This document shows, in pieces, positions 1-9,588 of a DNA stretch of 64,000 bases (positions are counted from its first letter, which is position 1; each line of letters opens with the position of its first letter). Origin of the DNA: an uncultured Chloroflexia bacterium. GTDB taxonomy: Bacteria > Chloroflexota > Limnocylindria > Limnocylindrales > CSP1-4. Location: NCBI GenBank assembly GCA_963795645.1, contig CAWCIK010000005.1:216554-280553 (forward strand), given 5' to 3'. The notes beneath the pieces are model-generated. The model was not told where the DNA came from. It searched no databases and worked only from the letters and a program-made list of their open reading frames with translations. The position numbers were made by a program, and so were the translations under genes.

Positions 1-63
1 ATCGATCGCCTGGGGCTGGTCGCCAGTCGGCTTGAACGGGGCTTCGAGCCTGAAGTCGGGCAT
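1..63 (-). CDS. uvrB: Excinuclease ABC subunit B, N-terminal 21 codons only (gene runs off the left edge)
   Basis: The reverse strand from the ATG at 63..61 reads MPDFRLEAPFKPTGDQPQAID. This matches the conserved UvrB N-terminus, including F-x-P-x-GDQP-x-AI. Confidence 0.7.
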   Translation of the reverse strand, partial: MPDFRLEAPFKPTGDQPQAID

Positions 64-70
64 CAGCGGG

Positions 71-90
71 ACTCTACAGCACATCTGTTC
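71..90 (-). promoter_or_regulatory. Candidate leaderless uvrB promoter (-10-like TAGAGT) overlapped by an imperfect LexA/Cheo-type box GAAC-AGAT-GTGC
   Basis: The reverse strand reads GGAACAGATGTGCTGTAGAGTcccgctgATG. The hexamer ends 7 nt before the ATG and no Shine-Dalgarno lies between them. The box has one mismatch to GAAC-N4-GTTC. Confidence 0.3.
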
Positions 91-233
91 CAATCGGTCG
101 GGATAGGCCCTTGGTACTCACCCCAACGGCCAGTCAGTCCCCTATCACCGAGGCGTTCCCGTTCGTAACTTCGGCTTCGTAGGACCGTTGCCTTCAGTCA
201 CAACATCGGATCACCCGAGGAGCACTACCGCGC

Positions 234-1205
234 ATGGAGATGGAATTCAAGGATCCCGCCCGAAAACGGCGGTTCCTGCTCGTCATGGTCGGGGCTGTCC
301 TCGCCGCGGCCGCGGGTCTCAGCGCATTCACCCTGGCGTCTCACGGCACGCAACAGGTCGAGGTGCCCAAGAAAATGGTGCTTGTCGCCGCGCGTGACAT
401 TCCGGCTCGCACGACGGTCAGTGAAGATGACGTGACCACGCGCGACGTGCCAGTTGCCGAAGCGCTCGACCAGTCGTATCAGGCGTCCGCCGACGTCGTT
501 GGACGGGTGACCTCGGTGCCGATCTACACGGACCAGCAGGTGACACCAAACCTCTTCGCCACAGCGACGGCCGACGCTGACTTCAGCATCCTTGGCCCGG
601 GCGACACGGTCACCGCGGACTCGCCGCCGTGGCGTGCCGTTGCCCTCGAAGTTCCAGCGAACCGGGCCGTGGGTGGCGAGATCAAGTCCGGCGACCATGT
701 CGATGTCATCGTCAGCGTGGAGATCGACGTCCTCGTTCAGAACGACCTCGGCGAGTATGTCAAGACCGACACAGCCAGCGCCCAAGGCTTCCAGACCGGC
801 GAGTCGACAAAGCTGACCTTTCAGGACCTCGAAGTCTTGAAGTCGACGCCCGACGACGACATGTATGTGATCAAGGTCGACCTCCACCAGGCAGAGCAGA
901 TCGCGCACATACAGCAGTTGGCGCCCGGCTCTTTCAGCCTCGCTCTGCGGCCAGGCGAGGACACGCGCACGGCCGACACGTCCCAGTTCGGCACAACGAC
1001 CGACCGACTGATCATGACCTACCTATACCCGGCTCCGCAGCTGATCGATCTGTCGAAGCTGCTCGGGCCGCCGCTGACCCCGGTTCCGGGTGGCTCACCC
1101 ATCCCTGGCGGCACGCCGACAGGCTCACCGACCCCGTCCGGTTCGCCCAGTGCGGATCAGTCGCCCGCACCTGACGCGTCACCGGCCGCATCGGCAACCC
1201 CCTAG
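234..1205 (+). CDS. CpaB/RcpC-like SAF-domain protein (Flp pilus assembly protein CpaB family) with a Pro/Ser/Thr-rich C-terminal tail
   Basis: There is an N-terminal TM helix (FLLVMVGAVLAAAAGLSAF). It is followed by the SAF-like VLVAARDIPARTTVSEDDVTTRDVP, then the RcpC-like WRAVALEVPANRAVGGEIKSGDHVDVIVS. The tail is PVPGGSPIPGGTPTGSPTPSGSPSADQSPAPDASPAA. Confidence 0.7.
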   Translation: MEMEFKDPARKRRFLLVMVGAVLAAAAGLSAFTLASHGTQQVEVPKKMVLVAARDIPARTTVSEDDVTTRDVPVAEALDQSYQASADVVGRVTSVPIYTDQQVTPNLFATATADADFSILGPGDTVTADSPPWRAVALEVPANRAVGGEIKSGDHVDVIVSVEIDVLVQNDLGEYVKTDTASAQGFQTGESTKLTFQDLEVLKSTPDDDMYVIKVDLHQAEQIAHIQQLAPGSFSLALRPGEDTRTADTSQFGTTTDRLIMTYLYPAPQLIDLSKLLGPPLTPVPGGSPIPGGTPTGSPTPSGSPSADQSPAPDASPAASATP

Positions 1206-1229
1206 AACCGAACCCTCGCCTGCCTCTTT

Positions 1230-1261
1230 CCGCCGCGCCCCCGTGCCCGGGAGCGCGGCGG
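1230..1261 (+). terminator. GC-rich hairpin downstream of the cpaB-like gene (no clear U-tract)
   Basis: CCGCCGCGC-N14-GCGCGGCGG is a perfect 9-bp stem starting 25 nt after the stop. Confidence 0.3.
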
Positions 1262-1367
1262 AGCCATGTCTACAGCTCCTTGCAGGTCACGTGTATCTCT
1301 CATGTGAACGCCCCGGGTCGCAAAATAGTGCTCGAGTTTGTCGGCCCTGAGTACCTAGGAAGACGCC

Positions 1368-1766
1368 GTGACCACCCCACTCACCAAAATCGACGCGATC
1401 ACGTTGTTCGTTGCAGATCCACACGCGTCGCGACGGTTCTACGAGCGCGTGTTCGGCGCCGGACTGCTTGTCGAAGACGCGGATTCAGCAGCGTTTGCAT
1501 TCGAGGGCATGGTGATCAACCTGCTCGTCAGGGCGGCTGCTCCACAGTTGATCGATCCGGCGCCTGTGGCTGCGCCTAACGCTGGCAGCGCCTTCCAGAT
1601 AACCGTCGAGGTGGAGGACGTCGATCGCGCCTGCGCGGAGCTGGCGGCCAACGGAGTGCCGCTGCTCAACGGGCCACAGGATCGGACGTGGGGCATCCGC
1701 ACGGCCACCTTCATGGATCCAGACGGCCACATCTGGGAGATTGCCGCGCCGCTGAGGAATAGCTGA
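1368..1766 (+). CDS. VOC (glyoxalase/bleomycin-resistance/dioxygenase) family protein
   Basis: GTG start preceded by AGGAAG. VOC-like motifs include IDAITLFVADPHASRRFYERVFG and the C-terminal FMDPDGHIWEIA. Confidence 0.75.
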   Translation: MTTPLTKIDAITLFVADPHASRRFYERVFGAGLLVEDADSAAFAFEGMVINLLVRAAAPQLIDPAPVAAPNAGSAFQITVEVEDVDRACAELAANGVPLLNGPQDRTWGIRTATFMDPDGHIWEIAAPLRNS

Positions 1767-1767
1767 G

Positions 1768-2445
1768 CTAGCCCTGCCCGGCGATCGGGCGGTCAAGCGA
1801 CTCGGCGAGCAGGTCCTCGACCCGTTCTCGGGTCTCGTCGAGGGTGCCTTCCGTGCTCACAAGGCGGACCGGAGCGCGGCCCTCGAGCAACGCGCCAAGG
1901 CGTTCCACAAGGTCGTCACCCTGAGTCGAGATCCGGCGGGTGATGTCATCGGCAGTGGCGCCACGGCCGATGAGTCGGGCACGCTGCGTCGATGGGTCAC
2001 AGGTGATGATCCAGATCTCGTCACAACGGTCGGCCAGATCGCCCTCGGCCAGCTTGATCGCCTCCATCACGACGAAGGGCACGCGATCCCGGGTCGCGCC
2101 CTCGATTATTCCTTCGGCGAGCACCCGGACAGCCGGATGCACGATGCGTTCGAGGTCCGCCAGCGCGACGGCGTCGGCGAAGACAACCTTGGCCAGTGCA
2201 GCCCGATGGAGGCTTCCATCCTCGTCGAAGACGGTGTCTCCGAACCGCTCGCGGATCGCCGGCAATGTGGCGCTGCCTGGCTTCGTCGCCTCGCGCGCCA
2301 GGTCGTCGGCATCGATGATCGTGCCTCCAATCTCGTGCAGGATGCCGGCCACCGTGGACTTGCCGCAGCCGATCGGCCCGGTCACGCCGATCAGCAGCGG
2401 ACGGCTGTCGTCGGACTCCGGCCATCCGCCGATGGGCGGGATCAC
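1768..2445 (-). CDS. coaE: Dephospho-CoA kinase
   Basis: Contains the P-loop LIGVTGPIGCGKST plus IIDADDLAREA and ERIVHPAV. I place the start at the GTG at 2445..2443, which overlaps the upstream TGA as GTGA. The 372-aa ORF-track extension lies out of frame inside the ABC-F gene. Confidence 0.85.
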   Translation of the reverse strand: MIPPIGGWPESDDSRPLLIGVTGPIGCGKSTVAGILHEIGGTIIDADDLAREATKPGSATLPAIRERFGDTVFDEDGSLHRAALAKVVFADAVALADLERIVHPAVRVLAEGIIEGATRDRVPFVVMEAIKLAEGDLADRCDEIWIITCDPSTQRARLIGRGATADDITRRISTQGDDLVERLGALLEGRAPVRLVSTEGTLDETRERVEDLLAESLDRPIAGQG

Positions 2446-4421
2446 CGCGGAGCCTGATCTGCGAGGACGAGCCACGCGTCTTCGGCCTGCGCCAGCGCGG
2501 CGTCGACGTCGGCGAGCTCGCTCGCGATGCGCCGCAGCTCGACAAAGTTCGCCTGTACCTTGGGGTCGCCGAGCGCAAGCTCGAGCTGGCTCTTGCGCAG
2601 GCCGAGCCGAGTCAGATCGTCTTCGACGACCATGCGCCGGCGTCGGTAGGCGTCCTTGGACAGGACCTGACGAGTCGGCTTTGTGCCGGACCTGGGAGTG
2701 GGCTGCCGCGATGGAGCTGGATCGGCCTTCTTCGCACGTGCCGGGCCATGGCCGTCTGCCAGCGCACGGTCGAGGACGCCCGCGACGGTCCAGCCGTCGG
2801 CCATTGCCTCTCGCCACTCGCCGTAGCCGCCCGGAAAGCGGGCTACCCGCGACAGCCCGCCGGCGACGCCGTCCTCGACGACCCACAGCTCGGTGCAGAC
2901 GGCGTCGAGCAGTCGGCGATCATGTGAGACGACGATCGCCGTACCGGGCGCGTCGCGCAGGAACGCCTCGAGTGCTTCGCGCGCCGGAATGTCGAGGTGG
3001 TTGGTCGGCTCGTCGAGCAGGAGCACATTGGCCGCCTGGAGGCCAACCAGGGCAAGCTCCAGACGCGACCGCTCGCCGCCCGACAGCTGCTCCACCGGCT
3101 TGAAGACATCGTCGCCGCGGAACAGGAAGCGAGCGAGGTAGGAACGGGCCGGGCCGGCGTCGAGGCCGCCGCCGTTAGCCAGGGCGTCGAGCACGGTTGC
3201 GCCGGGGGCCGGTGCCTGGCGGATCTGGGCGAGATAGCCGATCTGCACGCCGTGGCCAAGGTCCAAACCCCCGTCGATCGGCGAAAGCTCGCCCGCGATC
3301 GTACGCAACAGGGTGGTCTTGCCCGCGCCGTTGGGACCGACGAGACCGATCCTCGTGCCACGACGAGCCTCCAGCCGGTCAACGCGAACGACCGGCTTGC
3401 CTGGATAGCCACTGACCAGCCCATCAATGCTGATCGCGACATCGCCTGAACGGGTGCGCGAGCTGCCCAGGGTGCCGTTTAGCGCAAGAACACCGGCCTT
3501 GTGTCGCTCGGGCGCCGCAGTCTGCGTGTCGAGCAGCGCCTCGAGACGCGCCTCGTGCTCGTGCATCTTCGAGAACTTGCGGTGACTTCTGTAGCGCTGC
3601 ACGAGCTCCCGCTCCCTGGCGATCTGCTCGGCAAGCGTCCCCTGTTCCTTGCGCTGGCGCGCGTCGCGCTCCTCGCGCTGCATGGCGTACGCGGAGTAGT
3701 TGCCGCGGAAGACCGTCAAGCGTCGGTCGCGCAGCTCCCAGATCCGATCGGCAACGCCATCGAGAAACGCCCGGTCATGCGATGCCACGAGCAACGCGCC
3801 AGGTCGCTGCGCGAGCGCCTGCTCGAGCCACTCGATCGCGGCCAGGTCCAGGTGGTTAGTCGGCTCGTCGAGCATCAGCAGATCGATCTCGGCGACAAGC
3901 ATGCGCGCCAGGGCCGCCCGTGTCTGCTGCCCGCCGGACATATCCCTAGGAGGCCTCTCCCAGTCGGTCCTCTCGAAGCCCAGACCCGACAATGCCGCGT
4001 CCACCTGCACGTCGAGCGAGTAGCCACCGCGATGCTCGAACGACTCGCGAAGCTGCGCGTACTCGTCCGACTGGACCGCCTGGGCGCCTGCGGCCTCGAG
4101 CTCGGTCAATCGCTGCTCCATGGTTTCGAGCTCGGCCGCGCCACTCCTTACTGCCGCGCGAAGTGAAGGCGCCCCGATGAACGACTTGTCGAGGTTGGCT
4201 TCCTGACTGAGCATGCCGATCCGAAGCCCCGACTTGCGCGTCACTTCCCCCGAGTCGGGCGCCTCGAGTCCGGCGGCGATCCGTAGCAGGGTCGTCTTGC
4301 CCGCCCCGTTGGCGCCGACGAGGCCGATGCGATCGGTGTGGGCGATTGCCGCATTGAGCGTGTCGAGAATGACCAGCGTGCCAATCTCGCGGCGCACGCC
4401 TGCCAGGCGGAGGATTGCCAC
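2442..4421 (-). CDS. ABC-F family ATPase (Uup/YheS-like, two ABC domains plus C-terminal coiled-coil arm)
   Basis: There are two Walker A sites ([22 protein letters not shown]) and two signature motifs (MSGGQQTR, LSGGERSR). No TM segments are present. I place the start at the GTG at 4421, directly after the mutM stop. Confidence 0.85.
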   Translation of the reverse strand: MAILRLAGVRREIGTLVILDTLNAAIAHTDRIGLVGANGAGKTTLLRIAAGLEAPDSGEVTRKSGLRIGMLSQEANLDKSFIGAPSLRAAVRSGAAELETMEQRLTELEAAGAQAVQSDEYAQLRESFEHRGGYSLDVQVDAALSGLGFERTDWERPPRDMSGGQQTRAALARMLVAEIDLLMLDEPTNHLDLAAIEWLEQALAQRPGALLVASHDRAFLDGVADRIWELRDRRLTVFRGNYSAYAMQREERDARQRKEQGTLAEQIARERELVQRYRSHRKFSKMHEHEARLEALLDTQTAAPERHKAGVLALNGTLGSSRTRSGDVAISIDGLVSGYPGKPVVRVDRLEARRGTRIGLVGPNGAGKTTLLRTIAGELSPIDGGLDLGHGVQIGYLAQIRQAPAPGATVLDALANGGGLDAGPARSYLARFLFRGDDVFKPVEQLSGGERSRLELALVGLQAANVLLLDEPTNHLDIPAREALEAFLRDAPGTAIVVSHDRRLLDAVCTELWVVEDGVAGGLSRVARFPGGYGEWREAMADGWTVAGVLDRALADGHGPARAKKADPAPSRQPTPRSGTKPTRQVLSKDAYRRRRMVVEDDLTRLGLRKSQLELALGDPKVQANFVELRRIASELADVDAALAQAEDAWLVLADQAPR

Positions 4422-4423
4422 GC

Positions 4424-5347
4424 TCAGCGCATCCCGGCCAGCATCCTGGCTGTGCCCGGTGTGCGCTCGCGCTGCGGCAGGCGCTGACACCAGGAGCAGA
4501 AATGCGTGCTTCGCGCGCCGACGACTATGCGCCGGGTTGGCCTGCCGCAGCGCGGACACGGCATTCCCGTGCGGCCGTACACGTTCAGGAAGTGCTGCAT
4601 GTTCCCGGCACCGGCCGGGGCACGGTACGAGTCGACCGACGAACCGCGGCGCTCGATTCCCTCGCTCAACACGGCCCGCAGCGAGCGGTAAAGCTCGCGC
4701 TCCTGGGCAGAGTTGAGGCCGGCTCCGCTGCGCAACGGGTGGAGGCGGGCGCGCCAGAGCGCCTCGTCGGCGTAGATGTTGCCCACTCCGGCGACGAAGC
4801 CCTGATCCATCATCAGCGTCTTCAGGCGCGCCTTGCGGCGCCGGATGCGCCTCCTGAAATCGGCCAGCGTGAATGCGTCGTCGAGCGGCTCGGGGCCGAA
4901 TGCCGCGAACAGCTCGCCTGCCTCATCGGCGCCCAGGACCATGCCCGCCTCATCGCGCCGATACAGCCCCATGCGCCCGAACTTGCGCGGGTCGCGCATG
5001 CGCAGCTCGTTGCCGTCCTCGAGCGTGAACTTGAAGTGCACGTGCTTGTCGGTCGGCTCTTCGGCGGCGACGACGTGGAGGTAGCCGGTCATCTTGACCT
5101 GGATGGCCAGGACGGCCTCGTCACCTGCCGATTCGGCGCCGCTCTGACCAGTCAGAGAGACCACGATCCATTTGGCCCGGCGGTCGACCGAGAGGATCTG
5201 GCGGCCGCGAATCTGGCGCACGAAATCCTTCGGCGCGGGGTGCTTGATCTGCCGCGGCCAGTCGAACCAGGCGTCCGTGATCGTGTGGCCCACGAGCAGC
5301 GGTCGCAGCTCGCGGGCAATCGTCTCGACTTCGGGAAGCTCTGGCAT
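4424..5347 (-). CDS. mutM: Formamidopyrimidine-DNA glycosylase (Fpg/MutM)
   Basis: Canonical N-terminus MPELPEVET, an H2TH region, and a C-terminal zinc finger CPRCGRPTRRIVVGARSTHFCSWCQ. Confidence 0.9.
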   Translation of the reverse strand: MPELPEVETIARELRPLLVGHTITDAWFDWPRQIKHPAPKDFVRQIRGRQILSVDRRAKWIVVSLTGQSGAESAGDEAVLAIQVKMTGYLHVVAAEEPTDKHVHFKFTLEDGNELRMRDPRKFGRMGLYRRDEAGMVLGADEAGELFAAFGPEPLDDAFTLADFRRRIRRRKARLKTLMMDQGFVAGVGNIYADEALWRARLHPLRSGAGLNSAQERELYRSLRAVLSEGIERRGSSVDSYRAPAGAGNMQHFLNVYGRTGMPCPRCGRPTRRIVVGARSTHFCSWCQRLPQRERTPGTARMLAGMR

Positions 5348-5433
5348 GGGTTTCCGAGTTTATTCGGCGCGGCGGCTCGGGTCTGGGCCGCCACTTGCGA
5401 TACTACGGACACTGATATATCGTTCAGTGACAT

Positions 5434-5745
5434 ATGACCGACTCGACCACGATGCGATCGCGCGATCCTGCGCTCCTCATCCTCGCCAGCCTGGCGAACG
5501 GCCCGCGCCATGGCTACGCGATGATCGAGGACATCGAGCGCTCGGCCGGCGTGAAGCTCGGCCCGGGCACCCTCTACGGCGCGATCGCGCGTCTGGAGAG
5601 GCTCGGGCTCATCGAGCCACTCGAGTCGACTGACAGACGCCGCCCTTACCGCCTGACAGCGGCCGGAGCCGCCGTGCTTGACAAGGAGGTCGATGCGCTC
5701 GAGCGCGTGGTTCTGCTCGCGCGTCGCAGCGTGGCCCATGAGTGA
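5434..5745 (+). CDS. PadR family transcriptional regulator
   Basis: Winged-helix signature LLILASLANGPRHGYAMIEDIERSAGVKLGPGTLYGAIARLERLGLIE. Confidence 0.85.
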   Translation: MTDSTTMRSRDPALLILASLANGPRHGYAMIEDIERSAGVKLGPGTLYGAIARLERLGLIEPLESTDRRRPYRLTAAGAAVLDKEVDALERVVLLARRSVAHE

Positions 5746-6634
5746 GGACAGATCAGCCGCGTTCCTGTTGCGGCTCTTTCCTGCCGAGTGGCGGTCTCGC
5801 TATGAGGACGAATTCCGTGAGCTTCTCGGCCAGACCGGCATCTCGGCCGGCGTGGCCTTCGACGTTCTGGTCAGCGCCGTGGATGCGCGCCTGCACCCAT
5901 CGACCAACATGAGGATGCCGCTGATGATCGACCGACTTCGCCACCATGAATTGGTGATCTTCGTGTGCTGGGTGATCTTGGCCGTCGCGGGATCGGGGTT
6001 CGCCAAGCTGACCGAGGATCCGCTCCTCAACCCGCGGTTCCTCGATGCCATGGTTCCGGACCTCGCATACGACGTCGTGTTCATCGGCGCGCTCGTGAGC
6101 CTCGTCGGATTGCTGATCGCCGGCGTCCCGATCGCCGCCGCCATCGCCATCGACGCATTTCGCCAGCGGCGCTGGAGTCAGCTCGCCTTGCTGGCAACGC
6201 CGGTCGTGGCCGTGCTCGCTTGGTTAGGTGTGACCGCCGCCATTACCAGTATTCCGTTCTCGATCACTGACGACGTGCCCAGAGCGCTGATGCTAGGTGT
6301 CTGGCTCGGCGCGGGATTCGTGGCCGTGGCCGTTAGCTGTATCGCGCTGGGCGTCGCCGCTCGCATCAGCACGATCGACGCGAGCATGTATCGCCGTGCC
6401 GTCAAACCCGCGCTCATCGCCGTTACGGGAATGGTGCTTGTGACCATCGCGCTCATCGCGTGGGGCGTCGCGCTGTTCGTCGTAAATCCATACGACTTCT
6501 TCGGCTTCAGCGGCCTGCTCGCAACGAGCACCGCGCTGACCTGGGGACTGCTGTCCATCGCGGCTGCGGCGGCGACCGTTGGTGCACTTCGCGCCGCGAG
6601 CCAGCTGCGGACCGTCAGCGCTAAAGCGGCTTGA
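5738..6634 (+). CDS. PadR-associated polytopic membrane protein (function unknown)
   Basis: An internal ATG at 5738 overlaps the padR stop by 8 nt. The N-terminus LLRLFPAEWRSRYEDEFRELL is typical of proteins encoded after PadR genes. About 6 hydrophobic helices follow. Confidence 0.55.
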   Translation: MSEDRSAAFLLRLFPAEWRSRYEDEFRELLGQTGISAGVAFDVLVSAVDARLHPSTNMRMPLMIDRLRHHELVIFVCWVILAVAGSGFAKLTEDPLLNPRFLDAMVPDLAYDVVFIGALVSLVGLLIAGVPIAAAIAIDAFRQRRWSQLALLATPVVAVLAWLGVTAAITSIPFSITDDVPRALMLGVWLGAGFVAVAVSCIALGVAARISTIDASMYRRAVKPALIAVTGMVLVTIALIAWGVALFVVNPYDFFGFSGLLATSTALTWGLLSIAAAAATVGALRAASQLRTVSAKAA

Positions 6635-9534
6635 GCGACTCCCAGTCGGCGCCGCTCTTGACGTCGACCGTCAAGGGCACGTCCAACTTCACTGCACCCT
6701 CCATCTCTTCGCGCACGATCTGGGCCATGTCTGAGAGTTCCGACTTGGGCACCTCGAGCAGCAGCTCGTCGTGAACCTGGAGAAGCATCCTGGCCCTCGT
6801 GTCTGACTTCATCAGCCGCTCGTAGAGCCGATTCATCGCGATCTTGACGATGTCCGCGGCCGTCCCCTGGATGGGCATGTTGATCGCCATCCGCTCCCCT
6901 GCCCCACGCAGGCTGGCATTGCGCGCCTGGAGCTCCGGGATCCATCGCCGCCGGCCGAAGAGCGTCGACACGAAGCCCTGCTCGCGCGCGATGTCCTTGA
7001 TGTGCATCATGTAATAGCTGATGCCCGAATAGGCGGCGAAGTACGAGTTGATGAACTCCTGTGCCGCCTGGCGCGAGATGTTCGCCCGGCTCGACAGGCC
7101 AAAGTCGCTCATGCCGTAGGCGAGCCCGAAGTTGACCATCTTGGCCATCGACCGCTCGTCGCCGGTCACGTCGGCCGGGTCCTTGCGCAGCACCCGCGCG
7201 GCCGTCTCGCGATGGATGTCGGCGTGGCGCGCAAAGGCCTCCTTGAGGTGAACGTCGCCGGAGACATGAGCGAGGATGCGCAGCTCGATCTGGCTGTAGT
7301 CGGCGGCCAGCAGGACGACGTCGTCGCCACCGGCGACGAACGTATGTCGAATGCGCCGCCCCAGCTCCGATCGGATCGGGATGTTCTGGAGGTTCGGATC
7401 GGTCGATGACAGCCGGCCGGTCGAGGCAACAGCCTGATGGAACGTCGTGTGCAGGCGACCGGTGTGCGGGTCGAGCAGCAGGGGCAGGGCTTCGACGTAC
7501 GTCGAGCGCAGCTTCGTGTAGGACCGCCATTCGAGAAATCTTGTCGATCGCCGGATGGGCGGGCCGCAGATCCTCGAGCACGGCAGCATCGGTCGAAAAG
7601 CCTGTCTTGGTACGCCGCCCACGAGGCAGATTGAGCTCGTAGAAGAGGACCTGCTCAAGCTGTTTCGGGCTGCCGATCGTGAACTCGTGACCGACGTCCC
7701 GGTAAATCTCCTCCTCCAGGCGCGAGATCTCGATCGCAAACGCCGTCGAAAGGTTGGCCAGGGCCGCCCGGTCTATGGCAACTCCAACCGCTTCCATCGT
7801 CGCCAGAACCGGGATGAGCGGCAGCTCCACCTCGTGAAGCAGCCGACTCAGGGCCTCGTCCGCGGCGAGATCGGCATCGATCGGCTCGCGCACGGCCGCA
7901 ACCGCGGCAGCCTGCAACGCGGCGTGATCCGCGCCTCCCAGCTCGCCGTCCTTGGGCAGCTCAACCTCCAGCCGCTCGGAGCAGATGCTTGCCAATGTCT
8001 GGCTGCGCAGTGCTGCGTTCAGGATGTAGGCGGCGATCTGCGTGTCCAGACTGACCGCGGGCAGATCCCGAGCATCACCGAACACGCGACCGGTCGCCGT
8101 CGGATCCTTGCGCGCGAGATCCCATACGAGCAGCTGCTTCGTTTCGTGGCCGACGAGCGGCCGGCCGGCGGAAAGAATCAGATCGGCGAAGCGCTGCGCG
8201 TCATCCGAACCGGCTGTGACCAGCCGGCCGGCCGCGTCAACCACGGCGATGCCGAGCAGCTCGCCGCGCCGCGGCCGGTGATCGGTCAGGGCCACGCCCA
8301 CGGTCAGCTCGTGCTGCCGGCTCAGCCACTCAGCGACGTCAACGGCGTCGGCGAAGCGCTCCGCCCGCGCCGGGTCGGCCAGCTGCTGCGTGAGGCGCTG
8401 GACCGCTCCGCCAACGGCGCCCTCCACGGTCGGTTCGGTGGCGAGCGCGACGTCCGATGCCCGCAAGTGACCGTCCGACGCGGTCTCGGCACCCGCCGAC
8501 CCCGCCGCTCCGAGGTCCAGGCTGAGCTGCATGCCGCCCCCTCCGCCGGCTCCGGCTGCGGCGCGCTCGGCGGCCGATTGCCGGCCGGCTACCTGAACCG
8601 CGGGGATCGGGGCACTGCGGTCTGCCTCGCGCAGCAGCTCGCCCGGCGTGCGTGCTTCTTCGCCAGCCATGCCGGGCAGGCGCTCGACGAGCGATCGGAA
8701 CTCGAACTCTCGGAACAGGCGCAGGACCTCGTCACGGTCGTAGTCTCCAAGACGGGCCGCCTCAAGGTCGAGGTCGATGGGCACATCGGCGCGCACCGTG
8801 ACCAGGTCACGCCAGCGGAAGACATCGTCCCTGTTGTCCTCGAGCTTGAGCCTCAGCTTCTCCGGTTGAACGTCGGCGATGTTGTCGAAGATGCCGTCGA
8901 GAGAGGTCCAGTCCTGGACGAGCTTGGCGGCGGTCTTCTCGCCCACCCCGGCGATGCCCGGAATGTTGTCCGTCGTGTCGCCTTTGAGCGCCTTGAAGTC
9001 GATCATCTGCTCGGGCTTGAGCCCGTAGCGCTCCATGACCTTGGCCGGGTCGTAGAACGTCGTCTGCTGAACGCCGCCGCGCGTCGTCATCAGCGTGGTC
9101 TGGTCGCTCACGATCTGGAGCAGGTCGAGATCGCCCGACACGATCGTCGTCTCCACCTCGCGATCCTCCGCCTGGTGAACGAGCGTGGCGATCAGGTCGT
9201 CCGCCTCGTACCCCTCGAGCTGATAGATCGGGACGCCGAACGCCTGGATGATCTGGCGCACGATCGGAAACTGCTCGCGCAGGTCGTCGGGCATCTGCTT
9301 TCTCGTGGCCTTGTACTCCGCGTACTGCTCGTGGCGAAAGGTTGGCGCGGCGAGGTCAAAGCAGGCGATCACGTAGTCCGGCTTTACGTCCTGGAAGCCG
9401 CGTAGAACGATGCTCCAGAAGCCGAACACGGCGTTGACGAGCGTCCCTTTGCTCGTCGTCAGCGGCGTGTTGATCAGCGCGAAATAGGCGCGATAGATGA
9501 GGCTGTTCGAATCGAGGAGCATGAGCCGCTTCAC
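6621..9534 (-). pseudogene. polA: DNA polymerase I, complete length but split by a single +1 frameshift as assembled
   Basis: The 5'-nuclease domain (LLDSNSLIYRAYFA, GYEADDLIA) and the start of the pol domain (HPAIDKI) lie in one frame. The remainder (LEWRSYTKLRSTY, DYSQIELRILAH, QVHDELLLE) lies in the ORF 6621..7739. The junction is gacaagaTTTctcgaatgg on the coding strand, with an extra base in the 3-nt run at 7536..7538. Confidence 0.9.
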
Positions 9535-9588
9535 GGCTCCGAGTGTACCGATCGGGACGCTGGCGACACCCGCGCCGAGGACGAGCGC

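Noticed and set aside
2446-2886. A 147-codon N-terminal extension of coaE (ORF 1768..2886).
   Set aside because: It is an Arg-rich out-of-frame reading inside the ABC-F gene. A GTG at 2445 that overlaps the ABC-F stop gives a normal-length CoaE beginning just before the P-loop.
6178-7540. The ORF track shows polA as one 1118-aa ORF (6178..9534) reaching far past the real stop.
   Set aside because: After the frameshift at about 7537 this frame encodes Arg/Pro/Ala-rich nonsense and overlaps the opposite-strand membrane gene. The genuine palm and fingers motifs are in ORF 6621..7739.
7530-7545. Programmed ribosomal frameshifting in polA (and in the other broken genes).
   Set aside because: There is no X XXY YYZ slippery heptamer or downstream stimulatory structure. 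Dozens of breaks occur in unrelated contexts, and several come as close compensating pairs. Programmed recoding is not known for these genes.
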